Part shown: piece by piece, positions 1-8,427 of the stretch
Numbering within the stretch: the stretch's first letter is position 1
Layout: each line of letters begins with the position of its first letter
UHGV virus genome: UHGV-0242779
Reading direction: 5' to 3' (one strand)
Source: a virus
DNA: 44,128 nt
Program-made: the position numbers and the translations under genes
The notes under the pieces: model-generated
Databases searched by the model: none
Seen by the model: only the letters and a program-made list of their open reading frames with translations
Told to the model about the DNA's origin: nothing

Positions 1-289
1 TTGCTTCGTCCTGCTCCCAGTCCATTAGCTTCCTGGGCGGCTTCTTATCGTCCTCTTCCTGACCGCAGTCTAAAAACCAGACCGCTTTTTCCGCTGCTTC
101 CCGGTATAACTCCTTTGGCATCTTTTCCCAGTCAGCATACAGGATATTGAGCATAATCCAAGCTTTTTCTCGGTCCGAAAGTTCCGGATCGCTGTAGGCT
201 TCCATAATGGTCAAAATATCCCGGTAATCGGTCCGGATACGCCACTCATTACTGGCAACCGGAAGTGATACCGGAAGCCTTCCTATCAT
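1..289 (-). CDS. Gp15-family tail assembly chaperone, 5' part (continues across the origin into 44128..43857)
   Basis: ATG at 289 overlaps the TGA of the upstream gene; reads MIGRLPVSLPVASNEWRIRTDYRDIL...WEQDEA and joins in frame to ILFPAINKVAGREVR at 44128; lies between tail chaperone and tape measure. Confidence 0.85.
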   Translation of the reverse strand, partial: MIGRLPVSLPVASNEWRIRTDYRDILTIMEAYSDPELSDREKAWIMLNILYADWEKMPKELYREAAEKAVWFLDCGQEEDDKKPPRKLMDWEQDEA

Positions 290-735
290 TTGTGATACTC
301 CTTCAGGTATTTGTTCATTCGTTTCATACTGGCTTTCTGATATGCTTCGATCTCTGACTCTAAAACAGGCTGTAAAGTATCCATAAACGCCTCAAACAGA
401 TATTTGCCACGGACAATACAAAACGGGGACTGACCTGCAAATATAGTGTCGTATACATCGGAATTAAACATCAGGTTCATAGCCTTTCTGATCAGGCTGT
501 TTGTTTCCTCCAGAGCGCGGGATCCCTCTCCAAGCTTATCCTCTTCTGACAACTTTCCCTCTGCATCTAAATTAACATCAGAAAGCAGACTTCCTTTCGC
601 CTCTTTGAGCATCTGTAAAGCTTTATAATATCGAGTCATCATATCCGGGTCAGCCGGGTTAAAACGGATCACCCGGCTCTCATCTCCATTAATTGCAAAG
701 CTTTTAATGCCCTCATCAAAATTAAGACTCTGCAT
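286..735 (-). CDS. tail assembly chaperone
   Basis: 149 aa, strong RBS, position immediately after the tail tube gene. Confidence 0.65.
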   Translation of the reverse strand: MQSLNFDEGIKSFAINGDESRVIRFNPADPDMMTRYYKALQMLKEAKGSLLSDVNLDAEGKLSEEDKLGEGSRALEETNSLIRKAMNLMFNSDVYDTIFAGQSPFCIVRGKYLFEAFMDTLQPVLESEIEAYQKASMKRMNKYLKEYHK

Positions 736-744
736 GTTTTCCTC

Positions 745-1257
745 CTATTCACTAAGTGCTGAACTCTCGGCAGTAAAAGTTTTTGTAGAGATATTGAACG
801 TTCCTTTTGTTCTGACTCCGGTATAATGCAGGTTAAACGGAATCTGATAACCGGTATAATCTCCGCCATAGCTGCTCACTTCAATGATAGCCTCTTCTTT
901 GTAAGCTGTATATGATTCGGAAGCTGCACTCTCCCACAGATGGACTTCTACCAAATCAGTCTTAAGATCATCAAGAGTCTGCCGTTCATCAATAATCCCC
1001 TGGAGACGTTCAAACAGCTGATTGCCTGCCTCTGCATAATACGGTTCTACACTGGACTGAGGCTGGTAGCTGTCCAGATTAACGCTTGTCTCGCCCATAA
1101 TATTATTCTTTGTATCAACGTTTGCATTCATTTCAACATTGTACTCTTCCAGGTCTTTTCCCAGGCGCTCATACACCGCCTGAGCTGCTGACGGCAAAGC
1201 CGCATTAATAAAATGTGCCATGAACTTTCTTTTAATTTTACCTGTTGCTTCTGGCAT
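745..1257 (-). CDS. major tail tube protein
   Basis: 170 aa beta-rich protein (YERLGKDLEEYNVEMN...SYGGD...IPFNLHYTG) at the canonical position. Confidence 0.8.
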   Translation of the reverse strand: MPEATGKIKRKFMAHFINAALPSAAQAVYERLGKDLEEYNVEMNANVDTKNNIMGETSVNLDSYQPQSSVEPYYAEAGNQLFERLQGIIDERQTLDDLKTDLVEVHLWESAASESYTAYKEEAIIEVSSYGGDYTGYQIPFNLHYTGVRTKGTFNISTKTFTAESSALSE

Positions 1258-1713
1258 TTAAAATCCCTCACTTTCTATTCTATATTGGGCGTATATCTGT
1301 ATCTGGTACAGCACGCCGTCGTTAATATCTTCCGTCATCGGCTGCATTGCCATGGCATTAGCCGTTGTGGCTTTTAAAAATCTTCCGGTGAACGTCTGGC
1401 CATCAATTTCTACTGATATCCTGTTCTCTTCTGGCACTCTTTCCAGCCAGTAAGCCAATTCCAGTAGAAAATTACTGTTTGACAACCGATTGTAATCTGT
1501 ATAAGATTGACTGACCGCATACATGACAAAATTATGCTGCCGGATCTGGTTCCCCAGCACGTCCTCCCGGATCAGGCTGTCACCATTACTTGATAGTCCG
1601 TAGTTCGTCGGCTGAGGGTCCGTAAAGTCGATGTGAATATCCTCATCGCCCAGGAACTCAGCTATCTTTGGATACTCTGTCAGCTTCTGCCGCATATAGT
1701 CTATGATCGTCAT
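1258..1713 (-). CDS. putative tail terminator / minor structural protein
   Basis: 151 aa, directly precedes the tail tube gene (synteny). Confidence 0.6.
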   Translation of the reverse strand: MTIIDYMRQKLTEYPKIAEFLGDEDIHIDFTDPQPTNYGLSSNGDSLIREDVLGNQIRQHNFVMYAVSQSYTDYNRLSNSNFLLELAYWLERVPEENRISVEIDGQTFTGRFLKATTANAMAMQPMTEDINDGVLYQIQIYAQYRIESEGF

Positions 1714-2135
1714 ATCTTGCCTCCTCTGTCCATCCTGGCCTGTGCCGCTTCTAAAATGTCTCCTTTGTGGTCCGCCTTCATGCGCTCAAACCATTTTTTT
1801 CCGCGCATTGGTGCACCAGTATACTTGAGTACCCGGTCTGTTGGGACTTTGATCTCGTTTTTCTTCGCCCATGCACTGCCAGTTGTCGGTGACACGTACA
1901 AGATCCCCTCGTGTAAGTAATGCGCATACGGTCCAGGTGTATTAATCTCTCCGGATCCAATCACCGTAGACATAACCATCATGTGCTCCAGCTCCCCGGC
2001 CTGGCGCCGCGGCATATACGGACTCATGTATCTCATGGCCTCACTGTCAATCACTTTCTGGACTGGACCGCCAGGCTGAAGGCCGTGCTTCTCAAGCAGC
2101 ACTTCTATCGGCTGTATTTCAAGTTCTACCTTCAC
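1710..2135 (-). CDS. tail completion / minor capsid-2-like protein
   Basis: motifs YMP, PYAHYLHEG, RGKKWFERMKADH typical of A118 gp10-like neck proteins. Confidence 0.7.
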   Translation of the reverse strand: MKVELEIQPIEVLLEKHGLQPGGPVQKVIDSEAMRYMSPYMPRRQAGELEHMMVMSTVIGSGEINTPGPYAHYLHEGILYVSPTTGSAWAKKNEIKVPTDRVLKYTGAPMRGKKWFERMKADHKGDILEAAQARMDRGGKI

Positions 2136-2151
2136 CGAATCACCTCCTTAC

Positions 2152-2180
2152 TTGCGGTATTCTTCTCTTCGCCTTATACT
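2152..2180 (+). promoter_or_regulatory. sigma-A promoter of an antisense moron
   Basis: TTGCGG-N17-TATACT upstream of the plus-strand ORF at 2230. Confidence 0.6.
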
Positions 2181-2229
2181 ATAATTACAGGCCGTCACAT
2201 GGCTAAGTACAATGGAAGGAGAAATTATC

Positions 2230-2436
2230 ATGTTAAGTCAAGAAGCTAAAAGTTTTATGGAATTTTGCATATCAGCTTACAAAGAGAGCGGTAAAAACGA
2301 ATTTTATATTTCTGATTATATGCATATTCCAAACTATGAGGCCGCTATATCAGAATTAATTGAAAAGGGGCTTTTGGACAAGAAAATTGACATTCTGGAA
2401 ACTATATCAATCAACTTTGATGCATTAAAAAGCTGA
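2230..2436 (+). CDS. small AT-rich moron protein (possible winged helix)
   Basis: RBS GAAGGAG then ATG at 2230; opposite strand within the morphogenesis operon, with its own promoter. Confidence 0.65.
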   Translation: MLSQEAKSFMEFCISAYKESGKNEFYISDYMHIPNYEAAISELIEKGLLDKKIDILETISINFDALKS

Positions 2437-2454
2437 TATCAATCCGGAGTTGAA

Positions 2455-2706
2455 TTATTCTGGTTCGACTCCGGACAGCATCTCTCTCGCTTCTCCAATG
2501 TCCTTAAAAAATTCTTCCAGGCTCTTCCCACTTTCAAGAGAGAACTCATTTACATCCACTTCTAATAACTTTAATGTCGGTTTTAAATTCCCCTCCTTGT
2601 CCCGCGCTGAATATACTAAGCCTTTCACACCTTTTCCGATCTGCTTACCTTCCAAAAACACATTCGTTTTATTACCCAAAGTTGCAATTACTAATTTAGG
2701 TATCAT
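2455..2706 (-). CDS. hypothetical protein
   Basis: RBS GGAAGGA before ATG 2706 (MIPKLVIATLG). Confidence 0.6.
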   Translation of the reverse strand: MIPKLVIATLGNKTNVFLEGKQIGKGVKGLVYSARDKEGNLKPTLKLLEVDVNEFSLESGKSLEEFFKDIGEAREMLSGVEPE

Positions 2707-2722
2707 ATAATCCTTCCTCTCT

Positions 2723-3109
2723 CTATTTACACGACAGTTCATAATGCTGCATGGACTCGCTACCATACAATTTTTCATCTACCGTCATAACCGTCACACA
2801 GCCATGGCGCTGCTTCAGTTCCATCAGCGATTCAGACATGGTCTTCTGGTTGGTACAGTCAATGACATGGTTGCACTGGCCTTTCACAGCAAGGTCTTTT
2901 CCTCCTGTAAACTGAATCGGCTCAAATAGGCTCTCAAGCGGGATCACCAGAAGGACAGAGTCAGAGTCACGCTGGCCGGTCTTCAGGACATTGGATTGCT
3001 TCACATCGTCCCAGAACACGTCTTCCACAAATTCGCGCCTGTATGACTCCTGTTTTCCATATTTCGAATACAAGTACAGTGTTACATCAGCATTCGTATA
3101 CATATACAT
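2723..3109 (-). CDS. head closure / head-tail joining protein
   Basis: MYTNADVTLY...VFWDD...QHYELSCK; synteny after the adaptor. Confidence 0.65.
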   Translation of the reverse strand: MYMYTNADVTLYLYSKYGKQESYRREFVEDVFWDDVKQSNVLKTGQRDSDSVLLVIPLESLFEPIQFTGGKDLAVKGQCNHVIDCTNQKTMSESLMELKQRHGCVTVMTVDEKLYGSESMQHYELSCK

Positions 3110-3110
3110 A

Positions 3111-3479
3111 TCATACCCCCTGATAACATAGGCCAGTGTCACCCAACCATTTCATGACGATACCGCGTTGTTCCCGGTCTGCCGCCTGTCTGGCCTCGGA
3201 TGCAGAAGAGAAAGATACCGAATAGGTCCCTACCTTCTCCGATGTCTTCCCAGAAGCTTCCCGCTCCCTCTTTTCCTGCTGACAGATAGCTTCCGACAGT
3301 TCACAGCAGCATAGGCGAACCGGCTCCGGCACCTCCGGAAGATTCTTCACTCTCCCGAAGGTATACACATCAATCACCTGACTGGCCTGCCGTGCGTAAA
3401 AATCAAAGCCGGTGCGAATGACCGGCTTACGTCCCATAAGATATTCATTCTGATAATCATGCTCTGTTGCATATGCCAT
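3111..3479 (-). CDS. head-tail adaptor (connector) protein
   Basis: MAYAT..Y...Y, SEKVGTYSVSF, LGDTGLCYQGV motifs; follows the capsid gene. Confidence 0.75.
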   Translation of the reverse strand: MAYATEHDYQNEYLMGRKPVIRTGFDFYARQASQVIDVYTFGRVKNLPEVPEPVRLCCCELSEAICQQEKREREASGKTSEKVGTYSVSFSSASEARQAADREQRGIVMKWLGDTGLCYQGV

Positions 3480-3496
3480 TCGCACTCGCCTCCTTA

Positions 3497-4534
3497 TTAG
3501 CCGTTTGTGATCAGTCTCGCAATTGGCAATGCCTTTGGATCGAATTTAATATCCCAATTTGCTTTTGCAAATAACTGAGCATCTGTTGGGGATTCTGTCC
3601 AGCCGGATGTTGGAATTTTAAAGCTGAATCCATTGGGATGGATAGTTTCACGCATACGCGTGATAAGCTCATCCTGACCGCCATTTTTCTTTGCTTCACG
3701 CACTGTCTCTACCGGGACATCTACCCTACCGCGTGCGGTACGAATAACGCCATTTCCGAACAGGTATGTGGTGTACTTTGTCAAATCCTTATTCGCACCG
3801 TCTCCGCCTACCTTCTCCACCGGTACGCCATCATCTACGATAACCGTGTAGCCGTTTGCAGAGCCCAGTGCCATCGGCCGCTGGATTCCATTGGCATCGG
3901 TCTGCTTCCAATATTCAAGAAGCTGAAGGTTTTCAAGAGTCTTCGCTACATTGGAATGCATAATTACAAGTCCGAACTGATCCTTATGATCTCCGCACGA
4001 CTCTGTTGCTAGATCGTTCAGGTCTGTCTCTTTTATTTTCCTTGCCTCTGCTGTGGTCGATGTTAAATCCAGTGTATGGCTGTCCGCCCACTTTTTGGCA
4101 TAACCACTTGCTCCGGTGATGCCAAAGATCGCGTCTGAAATACCGATTAACCGCATTTGACGCCGCTTCTGCCAGTAGCGTGCCACCGATGATACAATGT
4201 GTCCCATCGGATCACCTCCGGAAAGTTCGGCGGTAAAGTTACGGGCGAAAAAGCCCTTTGCACGGCCATAGACAACCCCTGTCTGGGAACCGCCGCCCAC
4301 TTCCTCGACGGTAATATCCGTCTGGCCGTCATAGTTCAAATCCTCACCCTCCAAGGTGTTGTAAAACGGAATGGTGTAAATGTTCCCATGGTTCTGAATC
4401 ATTCCTGCAATTGTCGAATCCTCTACAACTGCTCCTGACTGTATCATTGCTGTGTAATATGGATCTGGAGCCTCGTTCCACATGTCTAAAAATAATTCCT
4501 CATCAAAGGGAATTCCAAAAATCATACCTGGCAT
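3497..4534 (-). CDS. major capsid protein
   Basis: 345 aa following the scaffold gene; IPFYNTLEG, MHSNVA, HPNGFSF motifs. Confidence 0.85.
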   Translation of the reverse strand: MPGMIFGIPFDEELFLDMWNEAPDPYYTAMIQSGAVVEDSTIAGMIQNHGNIYTIPFYNTLEGEDLNYDGQTDITVEEVGGGSQTGVVYGRAKGFFARNFTAELSGGDPMGHIVSSVARYWQKRRQMRLIGISDAIFGITGASGYAKKWADSHTLDLTSTTAEARKIKETDLNDLATESCGDHKDQFGLVIMHSNVAKTLENLQLLEYWKQTDANGIQRPMALGSANGYTVIVDDGVPVEKVGGDGANKDLTKYTTYLFGNGVIRTARGRVDVPVETVREAKKNGGQDELITRMRETIHPNGFSFKIPTSGWTESPTDAQLFAKANWDIKFDPKALPIARLITNG

Positions 4535-4536
4535 AG

Positions 4537-5124
4537 TTAGTTATCTCCTTTCAGTTCTGCATATTTCTCTGGGCTATTCTGTTTCAGATCCAGCCGTTCT
4601 TTATAGCCCATGGTCTTAAACTGCTCTTTTGTAATACCCAGTGCTGGTCCCTGCGTTGGGCCTACTGGATTGTTGATAGGTTCCGTGGCACCGAAAAGAT
4701 ATCCATTATCTTTCTGACATGCCTCGATGGCTGCTTTGATATCTGCGGTTTGATCTTTGCTGGCTTTTAGCGTTTCAACATCAAGCAGAGCTTTGACTGC
4801 TTTTGCATTCCTTCCGCCCGCTGCTGTAATAGCCGCCTCCAAGGCAGAACCAAACTGCATATCTGCAATTTTTGCTTCATATTCCGTTTTGGACGTCTCG
4901 TATTTCGTTTTGTACTCCTCAACCTGGCTTTTTACCTGGTCGTAATCCTTAAAGCCATCAATTGTTGTATTGGCTTCCTGAAGCTGTGTCTTTGTCTGCT
5001 CCAGCTCAGTTTTGATCTGCTCCAGCTTTCCCTTAGCCGCTTCAATATCACTGTCATTCTCGGCCATGATGCTGTCCACCTGTTCTTTCGTCAGGCCCAT
5101 GTCTTCTAAAAATTTACGTTTCAT
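4537..5124 (-). CDS. capsid scaffolding protein (GP20-like)
   Basis: MKRKFLEDMGLTKEQVDSIMAEN N-terminus, coiled coil, AGGRNAKAVKALLD. Confidence 0.85.
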   Translation of the reverse strand: MKRKFLEDMGLTKEQVDSIMAENDSDIEAAKGKLEQIKTELEQTKTQLQEANTTIDGFKDYDQVKSQVEEYKTKYETSKTEYEAKIADMQFGSALEAAITAAGGRNAKAVKALLDVETLKASKDQTADIKAAIEACQKDNGYLFGATEPINNPVGPTQGPALGITKEQFKTMGYKERLDLKQNSPEKYAELKGDN

Positions 5125-5249
5125 ATTTCTCCTTTCTCACTACGCTTTTTACGGAGTCGCGTCCCTTATGTTGGTAGTTTTACGCCGTGCCGGGCAATTT
5201 TAAGTATAAAAAAACACCCAGGATTTCCTGCGTGTTTATCTCCTACTCT

Positions 5250-5265
5250 GTTGCGATATCGCAAT
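5250..5265. repeat. palindromic site GTTGCGATATCGCAAT (copy 1)
   Basis: perfect 14-bp palindrome TTGCGATATCGCAA; identical 16-mer at 32343-32358. Confidence 0.8.
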
Positions 5266-5293
5266 TATTTTAAAGCATAATAAAAGCATCCGA

Positions 5294-5479
5294 TCACTCA
5301 GATGCCTTCATTTTATTCTGCTTCCACAAAGGAATATAAGTTCCCTCGCGAACCATATTCCAGTTCTTCGCAAGATATTCCCGTTCAATATCATACTCTT
5401 CTGGTCCCATGTCATCACGCCAAAAAGGGACTTCCTTTAATGTTGCCGATGCCCAGCTTTTACCTTTTTCTTCCATCAA
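5294..5479 (-). CDS. small protein overlapping the MuF gene end, candidate immunity protein
   Basis: 61-aa ORF overlapping the stop of the toxin-tipped minor head gene. Confidence 0.5.
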   Translation of the reverse strand: MMEEKGKSWASATLKEVPFWRDDMGPEEYDIEREYLAKNWNMVREGTYIPLWKQNKMKASE

Positions 5480-7031
5480 ATGCCACCAGCCCCCTTCCCT
5501 TCGTGTAGTCTCTCAGCAGATTGTCAACAATTAGCATTTCGCGCCGCAAACTTCTTTCTGATGCTGGTATTATACCATCTCTGATCTGCTGATTCAATGC
5601 CCGGATATCTGCATCATATAAATCATCAAACCACCCTGATTCCAGAACCGGCCCCGATCGCTCTGCAACATACTTAACTCCATCGTTTCGGGTTGCAATC
5701 ATCATAGGGATTTCTTTTGTGGTTAAAAGTGTCCGAAGGTCTGCTTCCGAAAACGAACTGTCGGTATTATGATTATGAACAAATGCATATTGTTCATTTG
5801 GGTGATCGTCTAAATGTTTCCAAAACTTATATCCTACCTCATTTTCTTCCATATTCGTTTCATAATACTCAACTTTCCCAGTTTTTAAGTTAACCAAATG
5901 CATATGCTCATAACCATCATTACCGCCCTTTTTTGCCACGTCCTTGATTGCTTCAGATAACCCGCTGTTCACAGGATCAGAATATCCATCAATCTTGACA
6001 GAATAGTCGCTATCGGAATCATAGGATACCTTCGTATTTGTATTTCTTACTGCTTCCTTAGCGGCAGGAATCTTTTTTGCAATCCGCAGTCGTTCCCTTT
6101 GCTGCGGTAAATCAAATTGCTTTGAGAAATCTACATAATGCTTATCAGTGAGCCTTAACCGGCTCCTGGCCTCAGTGATATCCTTTTTGTCTGCTCCGGC
6201 CGTCTTCAGCAGCTCAACGTCCTGCTTCTGCTTCCGAATTGTGCGCTCCAACCGACGTTGGTACTGCAAGGCGCCGTATGTATCATATTCGCGGCCCCGG
6301 TAAGACCTCTTTTCATTTTCCTTCCGGTTCTGCTCCGCCAGCCATTCATCTGTGTACTTGCGCTTACTGATTCCGGGAAGAAATGGAAACCGTATATGGT
6401 AACAATTAATCCCTGCGAATCCCAGCATCTCACCTAGGCCACAGACCGTACGCATTTCCTCCGAGCTATAGACCTTCCCCTGCCAGCTCTGATGGTTAAG
6501 ATATCCGGTTCCGGTATTACGGGCGCCCATGTGCCAGTCTACCTCCCAGTAATCCGTCCCAAGCCCCTCAGCATTCTTCTCGTTGACCTTGTCCGTCATC
6601 TGGGCCACTCCGGTCATCACTGCCCGTCTGGCTGCCACCTCGATGCGATCAGACTTACCAGATGCATAATCGACGGTGCGGACTCCACTGGCTGTCATCT
6701 CATCGATCACATCACCGATGGCCTGACTGTACGTTTTAGCCCCAGTCGTGATCCCCAGCATGGCCTTGTCTAAGCTCCGCTCCAAGTATTCTGACAGCGG
6801 GGTAAAAACCTTTTTTCCGCCAACCATAGGCACATTAAAACCGGTGGTCTGGGTAATATTCTCCATAGGCCGAAGCGTATCCCTTGTCTGCCGCCTGGCC
6901 GCGTCTACTGCTTGTTGCAGCCATTGATTATCATCATATGGTTGATAGTCCTTTCCGGCAGCCTCGTATATCTCCCTTGATCTGACATAATTAGATCGTG
7001 CCGCCTCTCCATTTCTTCCGGTGTCATTCAA
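5460..7031 (-). CDS. minor capsid / MuF-type head morphogenesis protein with C-terminal JAB/MPN-like domain; 5' end possibly deleted or frameshifted
   Basis: follows the portal; HMGAR..H..WQG..GINCYH motifs; C-terminal E...HNH-x6-S-x2-D; the best-spaced ATG (7027, MTPEEMER) is out of frame with the long ORF. Confidence 0.75.
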   Translation of the reverse strand: MNDTGRNGEAARSNYVRSREIYEAAGKDYQPYDDNQWLQQAVDAARRQTRDTLRPMENITQTTGFNVPMVGGKKVFTPLSEYLERSLDKAMLGITTGAKTYSQAIGDVIDEMTASGVRTVDYASGKSDRIEVAARRAVMTGVAQMTDKVNEKNAEGLGTDYWEVDWHMGARNTGTGYLNHQSWQGKVYSSEEMRTVCGLGEMLGFAGINCYHIRFPFLPGISKRKYTDEWLAEQNRKENEKRSYRGREYDTYGALQYQRRLERTIRKQKQDVELLKTAGADKKDITEARSRLRLTDKHYVDFSKQFDLPQQRERLRIAKKIPAAKEAVRNTNTKVSYDSDSDYSVKIDGYSDPVNSGLSEAIKDVAKKGGNDGYEHMHLVNLKTGKVEYYETNMEENEVGYKFWKHLDDHPNEQYAFVHNHNTDSSFSEADLRTLLTTKEIPMMIATRNDGVKYVAERSGPVLESGWFDDLYDADIRALNQQIRDGIIPASERSLRREMLIVDNLLRDYTKGRGLVAFDGRKR

Positions 7032-7039
7032 TCACCGCC

Positions 7040-8413
7040 TTACTCTTCGACCATGGCTGGCTCTGGTAGATTCTTAATGGCCTCCTCCAGTGTCTCGCCA
7101 TACCACTTTGCACGGTATTCCTCCAGACGCATCACTCCCATAGCTACATCGTTACGGTCTTGCTGCCGCTCTTCTTCCTCGTCTATGAGGATTGAGTCCT
7201 TAAAGTTGCATAAGAATTCATAGCCACTCCGCGTCATGCCATTGTAAAAGGCCAGCGCATAGACAAGATCCTCCAAACAGTCCTTGAGATTTGATTGGAT
7301 CGCCTTGACCATATTGTACTTACGCTTCTTAGCAATTTTAGCCTCTGTGGCTGTCTTATCAACATCGTTTACATCCGACAAGTCACCATAGGACAGGCAG
7401 ACATTAAACTCAATCCGCCGCAGGTAAGCATTCAGGCCATTGATAATATTCTGATCCCGCAACTCAGGGCTGTACTCCTTATACAACTCTTCTCCATTTG
7501 ATCCTCCTGAAAGGTTCAGTCCGCGATACAGCCGTTTGTTGAGTTTTGGCATTTCATATCGCGGCCTACCGTCTTGTCTCAGAGTAGGTACCTCCTGTAG
7601 CGCAGTGACATCCACATGTACGACACGCTCTCCACTCTCAAACTCCCAATCCAAACGTCCGAATTGTATATCCGTCTTTTTGATTAAATTAATCGCTGAT
7701 TGATATACCGATACCCCACACGGAGAACTGTCCACTTCATTTTTGATCGGATTCCTGTAATATCCGAAGTCCGGTCGCTCCACTCCTGCATAGCTTATAT
7801 TTTCAGGGAGATCCGCCCATTCCGGAACCATATTAAGCGGTACCGGCCGTCCGATACTCACCATATCGCCGGACCGATACGCAAGATTCTGGATATTGAG
7901 TACTTTTGTCTTTTCCCATGTATGGACTTCAAAGCGGATAAAATAGTCGTAATCCGCTACTTTTTTGACATCGACAAACGCCACCCGTATCAGTCGGCCA
8001 CGTGCATCAAACTTAAGGGGAATGAACCGCTCCTGCGTGATGTACTCCACCCTATCCTCTCCCAGCGGCTTAATGCAGAATGATCCGAGGGCAAGACCGC
8101 TCTGCAAGTTCTCATTCAGATCACGGACCGCGGATTGATAAATCTTGTCCAGCGGTTCGACAGAGATACTAGATTCCATCTCATTCAAACAGACATTTGC
8201 AAACTCACGGCAGATACCTTGCTCAATCTGGAGGGAATCTACCTGCTCATCTACCCATGGAGCCTGTCCCCGATACATGGATCCCCATTTTTCGATAGCT
8301 GTTATCATTTCCTGGCTGATCGCAATATCCTGCCCGAATAATTCTTTTAACGTTCTGATCGAAAACATTCTCCGATACACCCCCTTTACCATATTTTTGA
8401 TTCGTTTAAACAC
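7040..8413 (-). CDS. portal protein (A118/SPP1-like)
   Basis: 457 aa between terminase and minor head gene; SPCGVSVY, KTATE motifs. Confidence 0.9.
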   Translation of the reverse strand: MFKRIKNMVKGVYRRMFSIRTLKELFGQDIAISQEMITAIEKWGSMYRGQAPWVDEQVDSLQIEQGICREFANVCLNEMESSISVEPLDKIYQSAVRDLNENLQSGLALGSFCIKPLGEDRVEYITQERFIPLKFDARGRLIRVAFVDVKKVADYDYFIRFEVHTWEKTKVLNIQNLAYRSGDMVSIGRPVPLNMVPEWADLPENISYAGVERPDFGYYRNPIKNEVDSSPCGVSVYQSAINLIKKTDIQFGRLDWEFESGERVVHVDVTALQEVPTLRQDGRPRYEMPKLNKRLYRGLNLSGGSNGEELYKEYSPELRDQNIINGLNAYLRRIEFNVCLSYGDLSDVNDVDKTATEAKIAKKRKYNMVKAIQSNLKDCLEDLVYALAFYNGMTRSGYEFLCNFKDSILIDEEEERQQDRNDVAMGVMRLEEYRAKWYGETLEEAIKNLPEPAMVEE

Positions 8414-8427
8414 CTCATCACCTGCCT

